From NCBI GenBank assembly GCA_964016885.1, contig OZ024742.1, positions 95,170,001 through 95,234,000 on the forward strand: a DNA stretch of 64,000 bases, written 5' to 3'. The position numbers were made by a program, and so were the translations under genes. Positions 13,471 through 26,931 of the stretch are shown here, piece by piece (positions within the stretch are counted from its first letter, which is position 1; each line of letters opens with the position of its first letter). This DNA comes from Eledone cirrhosa. Taxonomy: Eukaryota. A model generated the notes under the pieces. That model was not told the origin of the DNA, ran no database searches, and saw only the letters and a program-made list of their open reading frames with translations.

Positions 13471-14560
13471 ATATATATACATATATACATACACACATAG
13501 ATATATATATATATACACATATAAAAAATGTTCAAGAAAGGAACAATCAAACACAGAGGAATATGAAAGAAAGTTACAAACACATTTCCTCAGCTGCCCC
13601 TGGGAATGGATCATTGCAATTTTGTACATTATATATTTAATTTAGAAGTTGTAAAATGCATCATTTTCAAAAGTGTGCACTCACAAATACGTGCTTGAAA
13701 ACTTAAACAGCTATAAATCACACAAATCTGTATACAACACTTCACATAACTACTTGCTTTTAGCCACTCAGACACCTACTTAAGAATGCTGGTATATATA
13801 TAAATATATGTGCCTATATACAGGTATACACTTATCAGAAGATCGTGTTTTTTCTCTCACCCTCACAGTTTGTTATCGCACTAACAATATGTGTGCACCT
13901 ATGCATTCATGTACACATACATTCATATATATATACACTAATGGAATACAGCTATACCCATGCACATATATATATTCACACATACAGAGTTACACATGCA
14001 TACATACACATAAAAAAACACAAACATGTACATGCAATAATTACAAAGATGTGCATACACATGCAGTAACCACCATACACATACACAAATCAACTATAAT
14101 ACCATGCTATGCATGTTTCTGTATTTATCTATCTGTGTGCATCGCTTTAAAATATACACAGATAAATACAATGCATTTCTTACATCAGTCATGTTGCTAA
14201 AATAAGAGGTTTACTTTCCAATCACAACATATTGAGTTCTAACTTTCTAAATTCCCCGTATATAGATATTTCTCCAAAGTTAATCATGCATTTCATCCTA
14301 ATACAAGCTGGGAAGTGATTGGTGATGGGAAGGGCATCCAGCCATAGAAGACTTGTCAAATATATTTGGGAGGAGCCTTCATTTGTGTCAAAGACATAAC
14401 AACCTTTGTAGTGCTGGTGCCATGATAAAATGCCTTAAAATAGTGGAAATGTATGGAAGGAACCTGAAATCCCCATTCCAGGATGGACTCTTTCTGTGAT
14501 GACCCATCCAACCCTTTCTAGTGGATGTTAAATAAATATGGTATGTATATATATATACAG

Positions 14561-14655
14561 GAAAATGTTTAACCCCAATCGCAGAGCTCAAGCCGTTTCA
14601 ACAGAAAATAGCTGTCGAAACGGCTCGAGCTCTGCCGTCGGGGTTAAACATTTTC
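14561..14655. repeat. ~95-bp hairpin, Penelope-like terminal remnant
   Basis: GAAAATGTTTAACCCC..GCAGAGCTCAAGCCGTTTC pairs with GAAACGGCTCGAGCTCTGC..GGGGTTAAACATTTTC. A related motif occurs at 60380-60410. Confidence 0.75.
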
Positions 14656-14890
14656 ATATTACCCACTCTACTACCCTAAGTATTGAGTACTCTGGTGCGT
14701 TATGGTCCATCTGGTTCTTTACCACACCTCCTTCGTTATATATATATATAACCAAAATTTAAACAAGGTTCATTGATTAATCAATGAATATAATTTTACA
14801 ATAAATTAGAAGCACTCAACTGAAAGGTTTTCTGGAGTAATTAATATTAATTCAAAATATTAATGAATGTAGACATTCACATAATCAAAA

Positions 14891-14960
14891 TATATTTTAT
14901 TATATATATTTCGGAGGTAGTGTGCTGTTTTTTCAGTACGTCATCATCAGATAAAATACA
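14891..14960 (-). ncRNA. Hammerhead-like motif in the Penelope left arm
   Basis: UAUUUUAU-CUGAUGA-[imperfect stem II]-GAAA-UAUAUA-UA-AUAAAAUA. Stem I is perfect. Confidence 0.6.
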
Positions 14961-16199
14961 TAAATTGATGTATGACATACCTCAACTGTGCTGATGGTTC
15001 AATTCCAGTCTTGGCAGTGATTAATTACAACAGAACTCAATATTTATATACCATAAGTACTAACATGACAAACTAAATATAATGGAGAGGGTGAGTAGGA
15101 GAAAGTGCAGAAAAAATAAATACATAAATGTTAAATATTTAAATATGTAAATATCCGTATCAGAGAAAAAAAAACAAATGAGAGAGAGCTAAATAGAAGA
15201 GAAAGGGAAAAGATAAGGAGATGAAGATAAAAACAAAGAGAGGGAGATAGAGATGGCTGCATAAGGAAAAGAAAGAAGGAGAGTGACATGATGCGTGACC
15301 GTTTTATTTTTCAAATATTAAGTCAGGTAGAAGCGATCAATTAAATACCGTGAAGTTTTTAATCTATTGTATTTGATAGAAATTATACTATTATATTATA
15401 TCAAAATTAAACAATATACAACAATATAAAATATTTTCAATGATAATCTGGAGCATAGTTAAATTATTAAATCCAATAATTTAGTTATAAAATTCAAAGT
15501 TAGAAACATTATTAACTAACAATGATGCTTACAAATATAGTAAATAAATATGTGAGTATTTAACATAACTTACTTGGATATTAGCATCTGTACATGCATT
15601 TTATATAATGTTTAGAATTATAAATATTATAAACAATACTATTTAAATCAATATTTGTCAATTACTTATAGGATTAATTATTAGTTATAATAATTGATAG
15701 TATTATTATTTCGATTCAACCAAATCTTACTGTATTCAATACTATAGATCAAGTTAAATACAGATTAGTAATCAATTTGGATAAAACGAAAATTGTACAC
15801 GATAAATGTAAACAAGAGCTCCGTACGACGTATCTAAACGTTTAAATTAACTAAAAAGTTTGAAAGCCTGAAGATATTACAGATCTCAAATTTAGAAAAT
15901 TCGAGACATAAAAAGAGGATTCAAAACCAAACTAAAGGTATTTAATCAATCAAGAGATTAACATACTCTATAAAAGAACCGATATGCATTTCCTAATGTG
16001 AGGTAGAACATTATACATAATACCAATAATAATAGTAGCATTACAAAAATTATTAATAAAAGTCAAATCTTTTCTCACTCAGTCAATGTTTTTTCCTAAA
16101 TGTATATGATGCTTGAAATGTTCTTGCAGATTTATGGAGGCAATTTGAAAATAACTCACTTATTTTATTAATTAAATTACCATAATTAGCAATTATTAA

Positions 16200-16641
16200 T
16201 AGAGTTTCTAGATTGCAAAGATTGCAATTTGGTGAGATGGAATTGTTCCGATATGCTTCACAGTTTCTAAGTTTAATCCAAGTGATTGAGTATTTTATAT
16301 TTTTCTCTTTTAAAGACCATATTAATTGTGATAATGAAGTAGAAAATGTTTTATCCGGATTAGAAAAAGAATGTTTATGATTGGAAAATCTCAGTATAAA
16401 GTTCGATGAAGTTGCACCTATGTAGTTAGTTATAAGTAATATTATTATTTGCTTTAATGGTACATTTATATACTAAATTCTTATCAAGACAGTTATTTTG
16501 TAAAGGGCATTCAGATTTCCTTCTACAGTTACAGTTCGATGTCATGCTATTTCTATAATTTAAACTGTTCGCATTATCATTGTTAATATTTGTAGGTGTT
16601 CTACTATATGTGCTTAAATTATTGTTATTCTCAATAACTAT

Positions 16642-16673
<32 letters not shown>

Positions 16674-16800
16674 CGCTAATTATATATTGGTTAGAACTAA
16701 GAATTCTGCTAATTATTTTTGCAATATTTTGAGTCATATTCATAGTTGTTGAGTAAGAAAGTTTAACTGTGTGTCTATTGAAGATAGAGTAATATTCATG
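16200..16800 (-). pseudogene. Penelope RT-thumb/GIY-YIG endonuclease remnant
   Basis: CxC..CPL..C..VYK..YIG..R...H and a downstream CNLCNLE, with in-frame stops. Confidence 0.8.
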
Positions 16801-17381
16801 TGTTCTAAAGCAAATAATAATATTAATTATAACTACATAGGTGCAACTACATCGAACTTTAAACTGAGATTTTCCAATCATAAACAGTTTTTTTCTAATC
16901 CGGATAAAAAAATGTTCTACTTCATCATCACAATTAATATGGTCTTTAAAAGAGAAAAATATAAAATATAAAGATTGCTCTATTAATAATTGCTAATTAT
17001 GGTAATTTAATTAATAAAATAAGTGAGTTATTTTCAAATTGCCTCCATAAATCTGCAAGAACATTTCAAGCATCATATAAATTTAGGAAAAAACATTGAC
17101 TGAGTGAGAAAAGACTTTTATTAATAATTCTTGTAATGCTACTATTATTATTGGTATTATGTATAATGTTCTACCTCACATTAGGAAATGCATATCGGTT
17201 CTTTTATAGAGTATGTTAATCTCTTGATTGATTAAATACCTTTAGTTTGGTTTTGAATCCTCTTTTTATGTCTTGAATTTTCTAAATTTGAGATCTGTAA
17301 TATATTCAGGCTTTCAAACCTTTTAGTTAATTTAAACGTTTAGATACGTCGTACGGATCTCTTGTTTACATTTATCGTGTA

Positions 17382-18312
17382 CTAGCAGTAAAGCCCGGCG
17401 TTGCTCGGGGTCGCTCAGTAGCTGTGTTAAAGTTACAATGTTAAGTTTCTTTTTTGGCTTAAAAACTGTAGTGTCTACTGTGCAGACTTGCATGTGGTGT
17501 TTTTGATTAATATTCCCTCAACCAACAATATGCCTTATGAAGTTAAGAAAACATAACGATAACCCGAATGTTATAACAAAAGAGGATGCTGGGGATAAAA
17601 ACTGCACTGGTTATTTATTAACAAAGATCGAAAATGTAAACACTGCAACGCAGAGAAAAACATTAGCGTAACCAAATTATCAGTTATGTCTGTCTGCACG
17701 CCTATATCACCTCGCTGCACGACTGTCTGTCTGCACGCCTATATCACCTCTCTGCACGACTGTCTGTCTGCACGCCTATATCACTTCTCTGCACGACTAT
17801 CTGTCTGCACGCGTATATCACCTCTCTGCACGACTGTCTGTCTGCACGCCTAACGACGAAATATTTGCTTGTTTTACGTAGTCTTTAAATAGACTTGTTT
17901 TCAAGTAAAAATATTGTTTTAAAATGCTTTTAAATGGAAATGAAGCAAAACGGAAGCTTAGTGTTCGAACTGATGAACTTTGCAGGTCAATATTTTGCTG
18001 GCTCGACAACTGTTCGTGTATTGTGTTAATGTCATTTTAAACGCTGCGAAAGCCAGCGTAATTTTTTACGTAAGACGCTCAATGTAAACAGAACAAAGGG
18101 AAATAACTGATAACTTACGCTCAAAAATCGATACATTATATTCGATTTCGTCACATAGGGTGGGTCAATTTGAAATATTTTTTTCCGATGTCTTCGCTAG
18201 GGCTCAATCTACAAGTATAGCAATTTCGGTGCAATTCCGTGAGAGATTCTAAGAGGAGATGTGTGCCAAAAATCGATAGACAGACAGACAACCACAGTTT
18301 TATATATATAGA
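17382..18312 (-). mobile_element. Non-autonomous Helitron
   Basis: Minus strand starts 5'-TC(TA)n and ends with the hairpin CCCGAGCAACGCCGGG followed by CTAG-3'. It sits between A and T with no TSD, and the empty site is visible in the left arm at ~15795. Confidence 0.85.
17687..17852. repeat. 37-bp minisatellite (~4.5 copies) inside the Helitron
   Basis: Unit TGTCTGTCTGCACGCCTATATCACCTCTCTGCACGAC at 17687, 17724, 17761, 17798 and 17835. Confidence 0.95.
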
Positions 18313-18406
18313 TAATTTTCGTTTTATCCAAATTGATTAATAATCTGTATTTAACTTGATCTATAGTATTGAATACAGTAAGATTTGGTTGAATCGAAAT
18401 AATAAT

Positions 18407-18589
18407 TGTTTTTACTTTAGGCACAAGGCCAGCAATTACCCAGTACATTACTGGTACTTTATTTTATCGACCCCCGTAAGGATGAAAGGCAAAGTTAACC
18501 TCGGCGGGATTTGAACTCAGACTGTAAAGGGACGTAACTATGCTAGAAAGCATGACGTCCAACCCTCTACCGATACTGCCAATTCACCA
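18407..18589 (-). mobile_element. SINE-A inserted in the Penelope right arm
   Basis: Near-consensus copy that is absent from the left arm. No TSD is seen. Confidence 0.9.
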
Positions 18590-18779
18590 TCAATTATTAT
18601 AACTAATAATTAATCCTATATGTAATTGACAAATATTGATTTACATAGTATTGTTTATAATATTTATAATTCTAAACATTATATAAAATGCATATACAGA
18701 TGCTAACATCCAAGTAAGTTATGTTAAATACTCACATATTTATTTACTATATTTGTAAGCATAATTGTTAGTTAATAAT

Positions 18780-18934
18780 TGTTTCTACTTTAGGCACAAG
18801 GCCAGCAATTATACAGTGCATTACTGGTACTTTATTTTATCGACCCCGTAAGGATGAAAGGCAAAGTCAACCTCGGCGGGATTTGAACTCAGATCGTAAA
18901 GGGACGTAACTATGCTGGAAAGCATGGCGTCCGA
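18780..18934 (-). mobile_element. 5'-truncated SINE-A with a 14-bp TSD
   Basis: TGTTAGTTAATAAT at 18766-18779 and 18935-18948. Absent from the left arm. Confidence 0.9.
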
Positions 18935-19631
18935 TGTTAGTTAATAATGTTTCTAACTTTGAATTTTATAACTAAATTATTGAATGTATTTAATAATTTA
19001 ACTATGCTCCAGATTATCATTGAAAATATTTTATATTGTTGTATATTGTTTAATTTTGATATAATATAATAGTATAATTTCTATCAAATACAATAGATTA
19101 AAAATTTCAGGTATTTAATTTGTCGCTTCGACCTGACTTAATATTTGAAAAAAAAATGGTCACGCATCATGTCCCTCTCTTCTTTCTTTCTTTTCCTTAT
19201 GCAGTTATATATTTTACCATCTCTATCTCCCTCTCTTTCTTTTTATCTTCATCTCCTTATCTTTTCCCTTTCTCTTCTATTTAGCTCTCTCTCATTTGTT
19301 TTTGTTTTCTCTAATACGGATATTTACATATTTAAATATTTAACATTTATGTATTTATGTTTTCTGCACTTTCTCCTACTTACCCTCTCCATTATATTGT
19401 CATGTTAGTACTTATGGTATATACATATTGAGTTTTGTTGTAATTAATCACTGCCAAGACTGGAATTGAACCATCAGCACAGTTGAGGTATGTCATACAT
19501 CAATTTATGTATTTTATCTGAAAAAACAGCACACTACCTCCGAAATATATATAAAATATATTTTGATTACGTGAATGTCTACATTTATTAATATTTTGAA
19601 TTAATATATATATATTATATATATATATAAT

Positions 19632-19891
19632 ATTGAAAAAGTGAAGAATAACATGGTCAACAGTATAAACAAGAAAATTTATTTACAGTCTAACAATTGT
19701 TTCTATTATGGAGTTGTCTAAAAATTGCTAAACACTGAAGTGAGTGGCACTCAATTTAAAATACATGCAACCTCCATCATTTCGTTTCAGTGTTTAGCAA
19801 TGTTTAGACAACTCCATCATAGAAACAATTGTTAGACTAAATAAATTTCCTTGTTTATACTGTTGACCATGTTTTTCTTCACTTTTTCAAT
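19632..19891. repeat. Inverted repeat with ~105-bp arms (Penelope-like remnant)
   Basis: ATTGAAAAAGTGAAG...CTAAACACTGAA pairs with TTCAGTGTTTAG...CTTCACTTTTTCAAT. It contains GAAACAATTGT, the hammerhead stem III motif also seen at 59360. Confidence 0.8.
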
Positions 19892-19924
19892 TTTATTACT
19901 CCAAGATGTACCTACAAGTGAAGT

Positions 19925-22900
19925 TTTAGACAACGTGTATTAGTGTATTTATGACTTGCAATTTTTTTTAGAAGAATACGAATGGCTGGTGCGTGTTTGT
20001 ACAATCAGCTCCAAGAAAAATGCGTGCTGTCGCTCTGCATTTTTTTTGCCCGAATGTGTGTTATTTTTATGACGTCCGTTTGTGAGGTCAGAGCTATCAT
20101 ACCACAGGTTTCGCTTCGCTACATATAGCCCTCCTCCAGATGACCAATCGATGAAGAAGTAAACATATGTAGTGAGAAGCAAGGCGAAGATAGGTAATAA
20201 ACAAAAGAAATGTTTGCACAAGCAGCAAACAAAAGGCAAGGCACGCTAAAATGTAACAACAGAAACATGCAAAACAATCAATATAATGCAACAAATCGTA
20301 AGAAAGACAAAAGCAAAGAGCTGCAACAAGGGCAGCTTAAATGTACACAGTTTGTTTCCAAAAAGGCTCCAGTGGCCAGTTCATATAATAAAAGTTTGGA
20401 AGAGTTCCTTGGACCAGTGGACTCTTCGACCGGAACGTGTCTTGTATCTTGGTGATGGGGGGGGGGGGGCAAAGAAACAGGTGTGAGTGCAAAAGAGAAA
20501 GATGGGGGTGTATGTGGCTCATATGTGTGAACATCCGTGTGGGCCCGTTTAAGTCTATCAACCGCAATGGTCTCTCTGGATCCCTTAATGTCTACAGTGA
20601 AATGTTTATCAGAATGGTAGGGTCCAGAGTACGGTTGTGTGAGAGGTGGTCTCCATCGTTTCTTACGAACACATAGGTCCACGAGGCAATATCCCTCAGG
20701 ACTGCTGATTTTACAGTTTGTTTCCTCGTATCCATCGGCGGCAGATCCTGAAAATAAGAACGCAGACGGGATACGAAGGAAAGCGGATCTTGGGCAGCAA
20801 GATCGACAGGGGCAAGCATTTGCCCAGGTAACGCTAGAAGAGCGCCATAGAATAATTCGGCCGGGCAGAACCGAAGGTCCTCCTTTATTGATGACCGAAT
20901 CTCCAACAACACAATAGGGAGGTACTCGCTCCAACGCGTAGAGTCAGAAGTCCGTAGAGTGGCTTTTAATTGTCGGTGGAAGCGCTCCACCATTCCATTA
21001 GATGCAGGATGATATGAAGTTGTTCGGATGCGTTTAGCGCCAATGATCTTCGTCAATTCGGAGAAGAGATTCGATTCAAACTGCCTTCCACGGTCCGTTG
21101 TAATCATGGTTGACACTCCAAAGCGGGCAATCCATCCTGATACTAGGGCACGCGCTGTCGTTTCAGCAGTGATGTCTTTCAAGGGGATGGCTTCAGGCCA
21201 TCGCGAAAAACGATCAATAACAGTCAATAGATAAGTATGACCACCACTGACTGGCCAAGGTCCCACGATGTCCACATGAATGTGCCGTAAACGAGCGTCC
21301 GGTGTACTGAAAGTACCGAGCGGAGCCTTAACGTTTTTATGGATTGTTGATTAGTGGCAAGCGATGCAGGAAAGGCATCAAGCAGTAATATCGCGCTTCC
21401 TATTTGGCAAAAAGAATCTGGCTGTTATGAGCTTTACTGTGGAAGAAGATCCTGGGTGGGAAATGCTGTGTAAAGCAAGAAACACAGTACGACGTTGGTT
21501 TAGCGGGACGAATGGTCTCGGTGAATCCACGGAAACGTCGCAGAGAATCTGTCCGTCTGCGGTGGGCAATGGCAAGTATTTCAAATTACTCGCCGCAAAT
21601 TCGGTTGATGTAATATCCAACGATTCCAGTGCAGGTTGGTCTGCTGCCAAGTGATTTAAATCGATGTCGTGGGATGACGCAATCGAACTGATCGGCACTC
21701 GAGACAGGGCGTCAGCCATTGTGTTCAATGAGCCTGGAATGTGTTGGATGTCGTTTGTGAATTGCGAGATAAAGTCGAGATGCCATGTTTCTCTGGGCGA
21801 GTACTTGTCGGACTTTGCCCTTAGAGCGAAGGTCAAAGGTTTATGGTCAGTATAGATTGTAAAACACTTTCCTTCGAGCATATGTGAAAAATGTTTCACG
21901 GACAAAGGTGCTGTAGCGAGTTTCTGCAGGCTTCAAGAAGAGAAAATTTCCAATGGTTGTTGGTGATCGTCACTACTCTGTTGTAAGACAGCACCCACTG
22001 TAGTATCTGACGCATCAACACAAAGCGAAAGCTTGGCATTGGACCAGCAAAGATGCACTAGCCAATGCAGATTTGGCTTTTTGAAAATCATCGAGCTGAG
22101 TCTGAGTCAAAGAGATTTCCTTGTTCTTCTTGCGGCAAATTTTCAGAATCTCAGTAAGAGAGAAGAGTAGATTAGCACAATACGGAACAAAACGTCTATA
22201 GAAATTTATCAGTCCTAGGAATTGTCGCAACTGACGAAGTGAGGTCGGCGGTGGCAAATTCTCTATAGCCTGAACTCGTTGAGGGAGGGGTCGAATACCC
22301 TCGGAGTCAATGACATGACCTAAAAAATTCAGTGATTCCGCACCGAAAACACATTTTGTGGGATTTATTTGAACATTGTAATCCTTGAGTCGACAAAACA
22401 AAAGATTCAAATGACGTATGTGTTATTCTCTGGAGGAACTAGCAATAAGCAGATCATCAATATAAGTATAGACGAAATCTAAACCACGAGTGACCTCATC
22501 CATGAACCGTTGAAAGGTGCTAGCAGCATTCCTAAGTCCGAAAGGCATTGTAAGAAATTCGAATGATCCAAATGGCCGTTTTCGGAATATTTGCTTTCTT
22601 GTTTCTTGACAGGAATTTGATGATAGGCTCGTACCAAATCGAGCTTCGAGAAAATGTTACATCCCTGCAACGACGATGCAAATTCTTGCAGGTGTGGGAT
22701 ATGGTATCTATCCGGGACAGTTATAGCATTTAACTTCCTATTATCCCCAGTGGGTCTCCAGTCGCCAGAGGTCTTGGGTACCATGTGCAACGGAGAAGCG
22801 CAAGGGCTCGTAGACGGGCGAATTATGCCAAGCTGCAGCATGTGGTCGAACTCGGACCGTGCTGCCTTCTATTTGTCCGCAGGCAAGCGACGAGGACATG

Positions 22901-24799
22901 AGAACACTGGGGCGCAAGTTGTAAAGATAAAATGCTCCCTTGTGCGAGTCGGTTCGACAACTCGAAAATTTCCCTGAGTAAGCTGTGGGAAAGAATTCAA
23001 CAATGCATGATAGGGATTCCCAGCATTAGCGATGAAAAAGGTCGGGATAACCGTTGGAAAATTAGCTTTCTGGCCACGAAGAGAAAAACCAGTAATGCCG
23101 TCTACTAGGCGTCGGCCACGGACGTCCACCAACAATGGTGTAGAAAATCCGCTCCCAAGATCGGATATGGTAGGTCAGCAACCGTAAAAATCCATTTGAA
23201 TTCTCGTCGAAGATTTCTGAATTGCAGAGGAAGCGAGATTTGTCCAAAAGTCCGTATCGGCGAATGATTGACAGCTTGTAGATTCATTGATGATTCAGGA
23301 GGAGTTTCTTTAACACAGTTCACCGGCTAAATGCTGCAGGAGGCTCCCGTATCTACGAGGAAAGATCTTCCGGACAGGAGGTCCTCAATAAAGAAGTGGC
23401 GGTTTGGGTGTGTGGCACAGAGATCAGCTGCCGCCTTCAGTGACTCTAGTCTGCGTTTCCCGAAGTTGAATAGCTACACGGTGGCGGGCAGTGTTTTGCT
23501 TTATCAGCGAAGGTGGCATGATACCAGCAAAAAGACGAATTGCTGGCGGGCAAGCTGGCGTTACGGCGTGAAGTCGCGAAGGAATGCGAACGACTTCTTG
23601 GCCGCCTGGGAGATGGCCTACTCTCCCTACATAATTTCGCGACTTGACGCGTCAATCGCCTTCAACATGGAATCCTCGTGTGTCGAGACGGGCTGGTTCG
23701 GAAAAGTCGAAGAGGTAACAAGCGAGTCCGATGAAGTAGCTTTCCTAGAGAATTCCACAATTCGATCGGCAGACGTAGCGATCTGCTCCACCAAGCTCGA
23801 GTCCACTATGGTAGCCAATATAATCTGTACAATGTTTGGCAAGCGAGAAAAAAATAGCTTTCAATAGAACGGCAGTTTCTCCTTAATATTTCCGTCCTCA
23901 ACGAATCATACGAAGTACCGGTTGGCGGGTCCGTTATTAAATCTTTCACCGTTATGGCGAGTGACGAAGGTATACCACTAATCAAAACATTGAGTTTCTG
24001 CTCTGTTTTAATTCCATTTGCAGAGAAATATGCATCCAGTTACGCAAACCAGAGCTTGGGCTCACCGGAGAACGCAGGTAAATTAGGACTACTCATCATT
24101 AGCATGTATCAGTTCCACATAAAAAATACTAAATGATATCCAAGTAAAGAAATGCAACGCGTGTTAGATGTTCAGAACAATGGGAAAACTACATAAATTT
24201 CCTTCAACATCCACGAAGAAAGAAGAAATGCAAAATCCGGAATCGACAAGTCACAATAATTCAAGGCAGAAAAATTAAATGTTATTTTTTTTTTTAATTG
24301 GAGATGGAGATGGCATCACATGATGCGTCTCAGCCAATCAGATGGCTGCATTTCGGAGAAGAAAGACAATTGGCGGACCAGTCAGCCATTGTGAATTTTT
24401 TTGTTTTTGTGTTAAACGAACAATTTTCAATTTCGTTATTTTCGCATAGTTGCAAGAAATAAAATATTAGTTTCGTCAATTTTTTTTCTATGTTTCTCTA
24501 GAAGTTTTTAGAAGTTTTTGTAGAAGGCTGTGTAATGCATAATCGGGGTCAACCACTTTAGACGACGTGTATTGATGTATTTATGACTTGCAAACATATT
24601 CAGATGAATACGAATGGCTGGTGCGTGTTTGTACAATCAGCTCCCAAAAAAATGCGTGTTGTCGCTCGGCATTTTTTTTTTGCCGGAGTGTCTGTGTTAT
24701 TTTTATGACGTCCGTTTGTGACGTCAGAGCTATCACAAACTCGTCATCCACGTAAACCTCTTGTTGAGTCACACAGCACCGTACGCTTAAACTATCCAT
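19925..24799 (-). mobile_element. Full-length decayed Ty3/Gypsy LTR retrotransposon, CsRn1-like
   Basis: LTRs at 19925-20123 and 24557-24799, with a 4-bp AAGT TSD. PBS TGGTTGACCCCGA is tRNA-Trp-like and the PPT is GGAGGAGGG. Coding motifs: gag LPAFSGEPKLWFA, CWYH..F...AKHC, protease [27 protein letters not shown], RNase H TDHKPL, integrase [22 protein letters not shown]. Confidence 0.92.
20400..24100 (-). pseudogene. Gypsy gag-pol, disrupted by frameshifts and stops
   Basis: Fragmented ORFs at 23627-23842, 23446-23655, 23105-23323, 22479-22841, 22015-22410, 21378-21905 and 20592-21275, in the order gag-PR-RT-RH-INT. Confidence 0.9.
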
Positions 24800-25049
24800 A
24801 AGTAGTTTTCACAACATCTTATCGGATTGCTTTTAACGATATATTGTTAACCCCCCCTCTCTCTCTCTATATATATATATATATGTCTGTAACTCTTCAA
24901 AACATACAACACATTAACACAATAAATTTCCTAAGGCATGTTTTTACAATTAGTTCTTTTTCAAATGATATGATCCGGGATTCCAACCCTACATTTTGTA
25001 AATAAATATTTGTCCGAAGTTACTCACACATTTAATACTGTATGTCCTG

Positions 25050-25520
25050 TGTGAAAGCCAAACTCACCATCTTCAATTCGGTGTTCATGTCAACCCTTAC
25101 ATATGGTAATGAATCTTGGGTAATGACTGAAAGAATAGAATCACGAATACCAGCAGCCAAAATGGGATTCCTCTGACAGGTCTTTGGAATAATGTTACTC
25201 AATAGAGTTTGTAACTCAGAGATGAGAGATTTACTCCAGGTAGAGCCGCTACTTCTCTGAATTGATAGATCAAATCTTCGATACCATAGATATGTGATTA
25301 TAATGTCTCAGGAAAGAATCACTGGACAGATTTTATGGGCAAAACCGACCAGCAGGAGACCCAGGTGTGTACCCCGAGCAAGGTGGTTGGATAACATTGG
25401 TTGGTCTAGCTTGGTGATCCAGTCGGATCAGATGGAGACAGTTGCTTCTGACAGGACCCGCTGGAAGAAGTGTTTGAGGACTCTTCCCCCACGACCCTCT
25501 CAGGAATAAGTGGCTGAAGA
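25050..25520 (+). mobile_element. RTE-clade LINE 3' fragment (second family)
   Basis: LTYGNESWVMTE..MGF..KPTSRRPRCVPRARWLD..RTRWK. Confidence 0.75.
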
Positions 25521-26931
25521 AGATTATTGCATTCATTATTGATGGCATATCACAGATCCACCCTATACACACTCAGTGCACAATAACCACACACACACTA
25601 AACGAAGGCAAATATGTAAATATACACACAGAGTATAGAAAAATGATGATAAAGATATTTAATATTGTCTCTCTGGTTCTTTGCTTCTCAATTTCTTGTT
25701 TAATTCAATAACATTGGATATCATCTTTCCTCCTATTGTCACTTTTACTGCTTTCTCTCTCTCACTCTCCCCTCTCTTGCTCACTCTTTTGATATCTCCC
25801 TCTCTCTCTCTCTCCTTCAATCTTGTTCTCTTAATAGCTTTCTACCACTATCTCCCTCTCTTGTTTTCTAAGTGGCTGTTTACCACTGTCATTCTCTCTC
25901 TCTCTTTTCTGTGTTTCTTTGTCTATATATATTTTTAACACTCACACCCTTACCTTCTCTCTCTCTCTCTCCCCACCTTTCATCCTTCTCTTTATCAGAT
26001 ATTAACCTAAACATATGTTTATCCAATTGTTTGACATTCTCATCAAATAACTTTACACTTTCTTCATTTATTCTGACCCTGTCATGAACTTGGTATAAAG
26101 ATGCTAAGGTCAGTGTGAAAACAGAGACAACATCGCCTCCTCTCCTCTACTATCCCCCTCCACTGCTAGCATGTCTCCCCTCCTCCCCACCTCCCATAAC
26201 CAACCTTCTCTCCCCTAAACCCACCTTACCCTGCCTCTAACAGATGTAAAAATGTTGGACACATTGTGAAAATATATTAATCAACACATAATTGACATTG
26301 GAAATGATACACTGATGTTTTACTTCTTTCTTTCTTTCTCTCTTTGCTTCTCTTATACATTTTGTTTCATTTTTGATTTTATCCTATTTGGTATTGGATA
26401 TTGTTGTTGCTGTTTTGTCTCTTCTTTAACTGTTGTTACTTTGTTATTTGTTCTTGATTCAGTGTCTTTGTCTTTTCTGGGGCAATTATTCTGACATTCC
26501 TTCACTTGCCATCTGCCAATGGAGTCTTACAAGTTTTCAGTTTTAATTAACATTTGGCAATCTAATTTTTCATTTTATTTCATTTTATTTATTGTTTTAT
26601 ATATCTATGTATTTATTTGTTTAATTTTACTTCTCTTTTGCTATTGTTCTCTAGTTTTTCATTTGTAAAAAGTCAAGATTTCATTATCTTCACAGTTTAC
26701 AGTGTTAGAGAAATGCTTTGAATATTTGTTCTGGCTCTTTAGGTTCTCAGTTCAAATCTCAAAGAAAACGATTTTGTTTTCATCCTTTCGAGCTCAACAA
26801 AATAAAGTACCCGTCATGTATTTGGGTTGATATAATTGACCCCCCCCCCTTCCTCCTCAAAATTGCTGGCCTTGTTCTTAAATTATAAACCATTGCCTTT
26901 ACCAAGAACAATTTGTTTCTTTTGTCTAGAG

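Larger units (their letters stand above)
14751..19607. mobile_element. Penelope-like element in inverted configuration (left arm ~14843-16456, right arm ~16806-19607)
   Basis: The arms are long and near-identical in inverted orientation. The minus-strand ORF remnant KLSYSTT..CNCRRKSECPLQNNCLDKNLVYKC..YIGAT..RFSNH is a Penelope linker plus GIY-YIG nuclease. Both ends adjoin TA tracts. Confidence 0.85.

Noticed and set aside
20278-23867. Plus-strand and alternative-frame ORFs over the Gypsy (e.g. 23331-23867, 20639-20917)
   Set aside because: They are antisense or off-frame shadows of gag-pol.
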